Shown piece by piece: positions 27,411 through 32,000 of a stretch of 32,000 nt of DNA. Source of the stretch: Acaryochloris marina S15 (lineage in GTDB: Bacteria > Cyanobacteriota > Cyanobacteriia > Thermosynechococcales > Thermosynechococcaceae); contig NZ_CP064923.1 of the NCBI RefSeq assembly GCF_018336915.1, positions 2,160,001-2,192,000 of the forward strand, in the 5' to 3' direction. The notes under the pieces were generated by a model that was not told where the DNA came from, made no database searches, and saw nothing but the letters and a program-made list of their open reading frames with translations. Position 1 is the stretch's first letter. Each line of letters starts with the position of its first letter. The position numbers and the translations under genes are program-made.

Positions 27411-27572
27411 AGTGACGGTACCGTAACGTTTTTTAACATCTTCTCCTTAATTCTAAGGGGTGGGGACGCCAGTTCGCACAGAATCCTTTGATTCTGCAAA
27501 ACCAGTCGAAATGGGGATTTGGTACTACAATGCAGCACATGTGATCTAATGCAGTCGTTGCTATTCCATGCA

Positions 27573-27607
27573 GTGATCGATATCAATTAATACGGTGATC
27601 GATATCA
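27573..27607. repeat. Two exact copies of GTGATCGATATCA spaced 22 bp apart in the ribBA-argC divergent intergenic region
   Basis: Copies at 27573-27585 and 27595-27607. A third GTGATC lies at 27541. (A/C)ATGCAG recurs at 27529, 27548 and 27567, i.e. a 19-bp period. Confidence 0.9.
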
Positions 27608-27672
27608 TCATCATTATTTTTGGGAAGCCTGAACTACATTAACTGTTTGTATGACTGACCTCTGAGGAAAAA

Positions 27673-28737
27673 ATGAATATGGGTTCTCAGGAAGATATTC
27701 CTGTTGGCATTATTGGAGCATCTGGATATGGTGGGGTCCAGTTGACTCGTCTACTGTTGGAACATCCCCATGTCCAGCTGGCCTATTTGGGGGGCAATAG
27801 CAGTGCTGGTCGTCCATTTGCGGATTTGTACCCCCACTTGGGATTTAAACAAGGTCTAAAGGTAGAAGCCATCGATTTAGACAAAATCGTTGAGCGGACC
27901 CAGGTGGTCTTTTTGGCTCTTCCCAATGGTTTGGCAGCAGAGATGGCTCCGACTTTAGTGGAACGAGGTTGCAAGGTATTGGACCTCTCTGCTGATTACC
28001 GATTTACTAACCTGGATACCTATGAAGATTGGTACGGGACTAAACGACAAGATCGCGATCTTGCCTCTACCGCAGTCTATGGTTTGCCTGAACTCTATCG
28101 GCAGGGGATTACAACGGCTCAATTGGTGGGCTGTCCAGGATGTTTCCCTACCGCTAGTTTGTTGGCTTTAGCACCCTTGCTCAAACAAGGGCTAATCGAT
28201 CCAAACAGTGCCATTATTGATGCCAAAACGGGCACATCAGGGGGGGGACGCCAAGCCAAAACCCATCTACTCCTAGCTGAGGCCAATGACAGTATTGGTC
28301 CTTATGGTGTGGCCCATCATCGTCATACTCCCGAAATTGAACAGGTGAGTAGTGATTTGGCTGGGCGAGAGGTGGTCGTCCAGTTCACGCCCCATTTAGC
28401 ACCGATGACTCGGGGGATTTTGGCAACGGTCTATGCCACGATGCGGGACCCAGGACTGGTGCGGGAAGATTTGATTACGATCTTTAGCGCGTTTTATCGT
28501 AATTCGCCATGGGTGAAAGTCTTACCTAGTAGTACCTATCCCTATACGAAATGGGCCTATGGCACGAACCTGTGCTATCTCGGCATAGAAGTTGATCAGC
28601 GAACCGGTCGTGTCATCGTGATTTCAGCCATTGATAATTTGATGAAGGGTCAAGCAGGGCAAGCTGTCCAATGCTTAAACCTGATGATGGGCTGGCCAGA
28701 AACCTTAGGATTGCCGGAACTAACGTTTTATCCCTAA
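27673..28737 (+). CDS. argC: N-acetyl-gamma-glutamyl-phosphate reductase
   Basis: Motifs IIGASGYGG (NAD-binding) and GCPGCFPTA (catalytic Cys), with typical length (354 aa). Confidence 0.93.
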   Translation: MNMGSQEDIPVGIIGASGYGGVQLTRLLLEHPHVQLAYLGGNSSAGRPFADLYPHLGFKQGLKVEAIDLDKIVERTQVVFLALPNGLAAEMAPTLVERGCKVLDLSADYRFTNLDTYEDWYGTKRQDRDLASTAVYGLPELYRQGITTAQLVGCPGCFPTASLLALAPLLKQGLIDPNSAIIDAKTGTSGGGRQAKTHLLLAEANDSIGPYGVAHHRHTPEIEQVSSDLAGREVVVQFTPHLAPMTRGILATVYATMRDPGLVREDLITIFSAFYRNSPWVKVLPSSTYPYTKWAYGTNLCYLGIEVDQRTGRVIVISAIDNLMKGQAGQAVQCLNLMMGWPETLGLPELTFYP

Positions 28738-28785
28738 GGGATCCGTATTGGGGGAAAATAAAAGAGTTAGCAACAATCTAAGCAA

Positions 28786-29220
28786 ATGGCTACAAATTAT
28801 AAGAATGGGCTGGTGTGGGCGGTGTGGACCATCGTCACTATTGGCATTGGCTCTGCGATTGGGGCTTTGGTCGGTTCAACCAAAGTCTCTGCAGGAACGA
28901 CGATGGCGGTGGTCACAGGAATGGGATGTGTCATTGGCATTGGTGCTTTGGTGAAAGCAATTGCCAGCCGTGTGAATCAAGATGCCACTGCTGGATGGGA
29001 AGCCCTCTCGGTCAAAGCCAGTTTTTTGCTAGGTGCCATTAATTTATCCGTGGGGTTGGTCCTTGCCCCCATTGCTATCTGTAGTATTGTCTGGCCATTT
29101 GCTGTGATTAATTGGACTCAAGTGGGGATGATCATTGGCATCGTTGCTTCTGGTATGGGCGGACTGCTGGCAGCCATGGTCGAGATTCGTGCTTTGGAAA
29201 ATCCGGTGGTGGTGGATTGA
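28786..29220 (+). CDS. Small Gly/Ala-rich integral membrane protein of unknown function (about 4 TM segments)
   Basis: 144-aa ORF with hydrophobic segments containing GxxxG/A-type motifs (GIGSAIGALVG, GMGCVIGIGALV, GIVASGMGGLLAA). No family recognised. Confidence 0.55.
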   Translation: MATNYKNGLVWAVWTIVTIGIGSAIGALVGSTKVSAGTTMAVVTGMGCVIGIGALVKAIASRVNQDATAGWEALSVKASFLLGAINLSVGLVLAPIAICSIVWPFAVINWTQVGMIIGIVASGMGGLLAAMVEIRALENPVVVD

Positions 29221-29223
29221 CCG

Positions 29224-30006
29224 CTAGCTGGATGCACTGGTGTAAAAGCGGAGTGCAAACTGCCAGAAACGATTGGACAGTATAAATAAAGCAATCGCGA
29301 GTATTCCTGCACCTAGGCTCCAATTCCAGGTGGCTCGGTTGAGCATGGCTTGAGCGGGGACTGTCGTTAGGAACGTCACAGGAATAACAAAGGTAAAAAA
29401 GAAGCGATAGGCGGTTGGATAGGCTACTACTGGGTAGCGGCCAGCTTCGACTAGACCTCGCAAGACTTCCGTAACGTTATAGATTTTGACAAACCAAATG
29501 CTGGTGGCTCCCAAAATAAACCACAGGCTGTAGAGGCTGAGAAATCCGCAGAGAAGTGGCCCCAGGCCAAGAGCATAATTTTGCCAACCTAGCTCCAAGT
29601 GAAATCCGGCATAGCCGATTAGTCCTAGCCCAAAAATGACATCGGGCAAGCCCCAAGGGGATATGGAATAAGTTGATAACCAAAATTGACTACTGATGGG
29701 TTTGAGTAAAATAAAATCGAGGGTGCCTTCTTGAACGTGGCGAACAATGCGGTTTAGATTGGGGACTAAGCAGGTGGCTGAAAAGCCTTGAAGGAGGGTG
29801 AAGATGCCCAGAACAACAAGGGCTTCATGCCAAGTCCAATCTTGGAAGGTATATCCTGTGCGGTAAAACAAAGACAGGCCGAATAAACTGCCCGCGAGAT
29901 TTCCTACGCTGCTAAGGGCTGAGATTGCAAAGTTGGCTCGATATTCCATCTCGGCTGCAATGGTCGTTGCCCAAAACAGCTTCAGTACCCGCAAATACCG
30001 TTTCAT
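29224..30006 (-). CDS. ABC-2 family transporter permease (DUF990 / ABC2_membrane_6-like)
   Basis: 260 aa. MKRYLRVLKLFWATTIAAEMEYRANF..., LDFILLKPISSQFWLS and six hydrophobic segments match the family as I remember it. No ATPase or second permease gene is adjacent. Confidence 0.75.
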   Translation of the reverse strand: MKRYLRVLKLFWATTIAAEMEYRANFAISALSSVGNLAGSLFGLSLFYRTGYTFQDWTWHEALVVLGIFTLLQGFSATCLVPNLNRIVRHVQEGTLDFILLKPISSQFWLSTYSISPWGLPDVIFGLGLIGYAGFHLELGWQNYALGLGPLLCGFLSLYSLWFILGATSIWFVKIYNVTEVLRGLVEAGRYPVVAYPTAYRFFFTFVIPVTFLTTVPAQAMLNRATWNWSLGAGILAIALFILSNRFWQFALRFYTSASS

Positions 30007-30506
30007 TCTCTCATCCTTTTTCGCCTGTATGGTCTCTTAAAGACACCCTTAAGATAAACGATGCCGAACTGGGTGAGGTCATCATGCAGCAGAAGCGAGA
30101 TCTCTTTCGTCCAGCCCATCGGGCTAGCCTAAAAGCACTCAATTTATGATGGCGACCTCTAGATTGGGATTGCCGAATTCTCCGAACTTAGATCGGGTTC
30201 GCTCCCAGGGCGGAATCAGCGGCGTCTCCTTATCAGGGTTGTGCCAATTATCACTGAAAAGCCTATGGTATGAGTACTGAAGCACGGCAAGAATTAGGCT
30301 GTGCTGTTCATGCTTTTGGCTGGCAACAGTTTTCAGCGGGTCCAGATTGGTATCTGCAGATGTTTGAAATTAAGGAGATGGAGGCATAGGGATTAAACAT
30401 CTTGTTGCAATTGATGGAGGTAACGCTCCTCCCAATGCGACAATAAACTCACTCAATGAATCGAATTTGTCTACAAGCAAAGGAAAACGGGTTAAGGACA
30501 CATAAC

Positions 30507-31046
30507 ATGTTCAAAAGAATCGCAGCACTTGCACTCATTATTTTAAGTCTGACCTTACAAGCCTGCGCGTCTGATACAGCCGGATTGCAAGCTTATGCAG
30601 ACAATATTGATGGTTATACTTTTATGTATCCCAATGGCTGGGCACCCATCAAAGTTCCCGGTAGCTCTGACGTCGTGTTTCATGACCTGATTGAAGAAAC
30701 CGAAAATGTGAGCGTAGTTGTTAGTGACATTACCAGTGATACTCAGTTGACCGATTTAGGGGATCCAACTGAAGTGGCTCGCACTCTTTTGAATGCGGTG
30801 ATTGCGCCTTCCCAATCGGGTCAAGAAGCGGATTTATTGGCGGCAGCTTCGCGAACAGAAGATGAGAAAGTCTATTACGCCCTTGAATATTCGATTGATT
30901 TACCCATTGGTAAACGCCATAACCTCTCAACTGTGGTTGTTCGTCGGGGTAAGCTGTTTACTCTCAGCCTTTCTACACCAGAGTCTCGTTGGACTAAGGT
31001 TGAGCCTGTTTTTCAGCGTGTCGTTGATTCATTCTCTGTTTATTAA
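30507..31046 (+). CDS. psbP: PsbP-like protein (CyanoP), lipoprotein
   Basis: MFKRIAALALIILSLTLQAC is a lipoprotein signal with a lipobox. PsbP-type blocks include DGYTFMYPNGW, ENVSVVVS, YYALEY and RHNLSTVVVRRGKLFTLSLSTPESRW. I prefer ATG 30507 over the track start 30456. Confidence 0.85.
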   Translation: MFKRIAALALIILSLTLQACASDTAGLQAYADNIDGYTFMYPNGWAPIKVPGSSDVVFHDLIEETENVSVVVSDITSDTQLTDLGDPTEVARTLLNAVIAPSQSGQEADLLAAASRTEDEKVYYALEYSIDLPIGKRHNLSTVVVRRGKLFTLSLSTPESRWTKVEPVFQRVVDSFSVY

Positions 31047-31075
31047 ATTGGGTTTAATGCGTGGCTGCTCCTTAA

Positions 31076-31105
31076 TTGACAGAGCAAAAACGGACTCACT
31101 AGAAT
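31076..31105 (+). promoter_or_regulatory. Sigma70-type promoter for tRNA-Ala: TTGACA - 18 nt - TAGAAT
   Basis: Consensus -35 at 31076-31081 and near-consensus -10 at 31100-31105, about 30 nt upstream of the mature tRNA 5' end. Confidence 0.6.
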
Positions 31106-31135
31106 ATGTTGGCGCGGCAATAGTCCGCGTTTCTT

Positions 31136-31208
31136 GGGGAATTAGCTCAGCTGGTAGAGTGCTGCGATCGCACCGCAGAGGTCAGGGGTTCGAATCCCCT
31201 ATTCTCCA
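31136..31208 (+). tRNA. tRNA-Ala (anticodon CGC)
   Basis: I folded the cloverleaf by hand. The acceptor is GGGGAAT/ATTCTCC with the G3:U70 alanine identity pair and an A73 discriminator. The D arm is GCTC-AGCTGGTA-GAGT. The anticodon arm is CTGCG-ATCGCAC-CGCAG (anticodon at 31169-31171). The T arm is AGGGG-TTCGAAT-CCCCT. CCA is not encoded. Confidence 0.93.
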
Positions 31209-31253
31209 TTCGTCCAAATCGTTCTAGAGTAGATAAAGCAACGTGGCTGGCTC

Positions 31254-31283
31254 TGCTTCCTGCAATACAAGCGAAGCATTTTT
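31254..31283 (+). terminator. Weak candidate terminator after tRNA-Ala
   Basis: 6-bp stem TGCTTC / GAAGCA with a 13-nt loop, followed by T5 (31279-31283). Confidence 0.3.
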
Positions 31284-31319
31284 GTAATGGCTCAGCCCTT
31301 ATTTCTCTAGAGGCCCCTC

Positions 31320-32000
31320 ATGACCGCATCTCCTTCTACGCCTTCAGCGGTAATAAATGCTCCTCCACCCCCTTCAGACTCTAAAGAGCAGGTGGGGGAA
31401 TTTCTGCGAGGCTTGCAAGACAGTATTTGTGACAAGCTCCAAGTATTGGATGGTAAAAGCACGTTCCAAGAGGATTCCTGGGACCGACCTGAAGGAGGAG
31501 GTGGCCGCTCGCGAGTCCTAAGAGAAGGGGCACTCTTAGAGCAGGGTGGTGTGAATTATTCTGAGGTTTGGGGGGATCATTTGCCTCCTTCTATTCTCAA
31601 ACAACGACCGGAAGCTGCAGGGCATCGATTTTATGCGACGGGGACTTCGATGGTCTTGCATCCACGTAGTCCCTATGTGCCAACGGTGCATCTGAATTAT
31701 CGATATTTTGAAGCTGGACCTGTGTGGTGGTTTGGTGGCGGGATTGATTTGACCCCTTACTACCCTTTTAAGGAAGATGTGGTCCATTTTCATCAAACGA
31801 TGAAAGCAGCCTGCGATCGTCATCATCCTGAGTATTACTCGACCTTTAAGCCTTGGTGTGATGAGTACTTTTACCTCAAGCACCGGCAAGAAATGCGAGG
31901 TGTTGGCGGTCTTTTCTTTGATTATCAGGATGGTATCGGTGCCCTATACCGTGGTCCCCATACTGAAGGGATTGCTGCCCACCATAGCGATCAGCTGGGT
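31320..32000 (+). CDS. hemF: Oxygen-dependent coproporphyrinogen III oxidase, 5' portion (continues past the window end)
   Basis: Absent from the track because it is open at the edge. My translation from ATG 31320 reads MTASPSTPSAVINAPPPPSDSKEQVGEFLRGLQDSICDKL...RPEGGGGRSRVL...HPRSPYVPTVHLNYRYFE...WWFGGGIDLTPYYPF...GVGGLFFDY, which is typical HemF. Confidence 0.9.
   Translation, partial: MTASPSTPSAVINAPPPPSDSKEQVGEFLRGLQDSICDKLQVLDGKSTFQEDSWDRPEGGGGRSRVLREGALLEQGGVNYSEVWGDHLPPSILKQRPEAAGHRFYATGTSMVLHPRSPYVPTVHLNYRYFEAGPVWWFGGGIDLTPYYPFKEDVVHFHQTMKAACDRHHPEYYSTFKPWCDEYFYLKHRQEMRGVGGLFFDYQDGIGALYRGPHTEGIAAHHSDQLG

Noticed and set aside
27411-27530. Possible FMN (RFN) riboswitch in the ribBA leader
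   Set aside because: Only a single 7-bp hairpin is present. None of the conserved RFN core segments or the multi-helix architecture (~140 nt) could be recognised on the minus strand.
31164-31171. HIP1 octamer lying across the anticodon stem-loop of tRNA-Ala(CGC)
   Set aside because: It is a coincidence of the conserved tRNA sequence (CTGCG-ATCGCAC); no separate function is implied.
31536-31889. 117-aa minus-strand ORF
   Set aside because: It lies entirely within, and antisense to, the clearly homologous hemF coding region.
1-32000. Scan for CRISPR arrays, rRNA genes, tmRNA/RNase P/6S-like RNAs, and defence or toxin-antitoxin gene pairs
   Set aside because: No regularly spaced direct repeats, no rRNA-like sequence and no recognisable defence or TA gene pairs were seen. 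The only RNA gene supported is tRNA-Ala.

Overview
This is a cyanobacterial chromosomal segment. The evidence is 11 copies of the HIP1 octamer GCGATCGC (starting at 925, 2184, 5809, 12854, 13567, 14027, 14784, 15594, 21975, 23804, 31164), a CyanoP/PsbP-like lipoprotein, a TLP40-like cyclophilin and an Omp85 with a Pro-rich N-terminus. Most of the window is ordinary housekeeping: Omp85 (partial), purC, an IMPase-family protein, a WG-repeat protein, an SLC13/TrkA-C transporter, glyS, an M16 peptidase, TPR proteins, an EF-G paralog, murI, a cyclophilin, thiL, a P450, ribBA, argC, an ABC-2 permease, psbP-like, tRNA-Ala(CGC) and hemF (partial). The one accessory-looking stretch is about 7.2-12.0 kb. 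It holds a minus-strand operon, merR-like -> acr3 -> arsC, preceded by a textbook MerR-type promoter (TTGACC / 20-nt spacer carrying a 22-bp dyad / TATGAT). Two insertion sequences have hit this operon, and their exact ends and target duplications can be read. An IS630-family element (7668-8829, TA duplication) sits in the TAA stop codon of acr3. A 1431-bp IS701/IS4-like element (9833-11263, CCAG duplication) splits acr3 after codon 50. The most novel-looking item is a MerR-family regulator (not ArsR/SmtB) with three Cys heading an arsenic operon. I found no CRISPR array, defence island or biosynthetic cluster. All functional calls come from my own reading of the translated ORFs and motifs; no database search was run.
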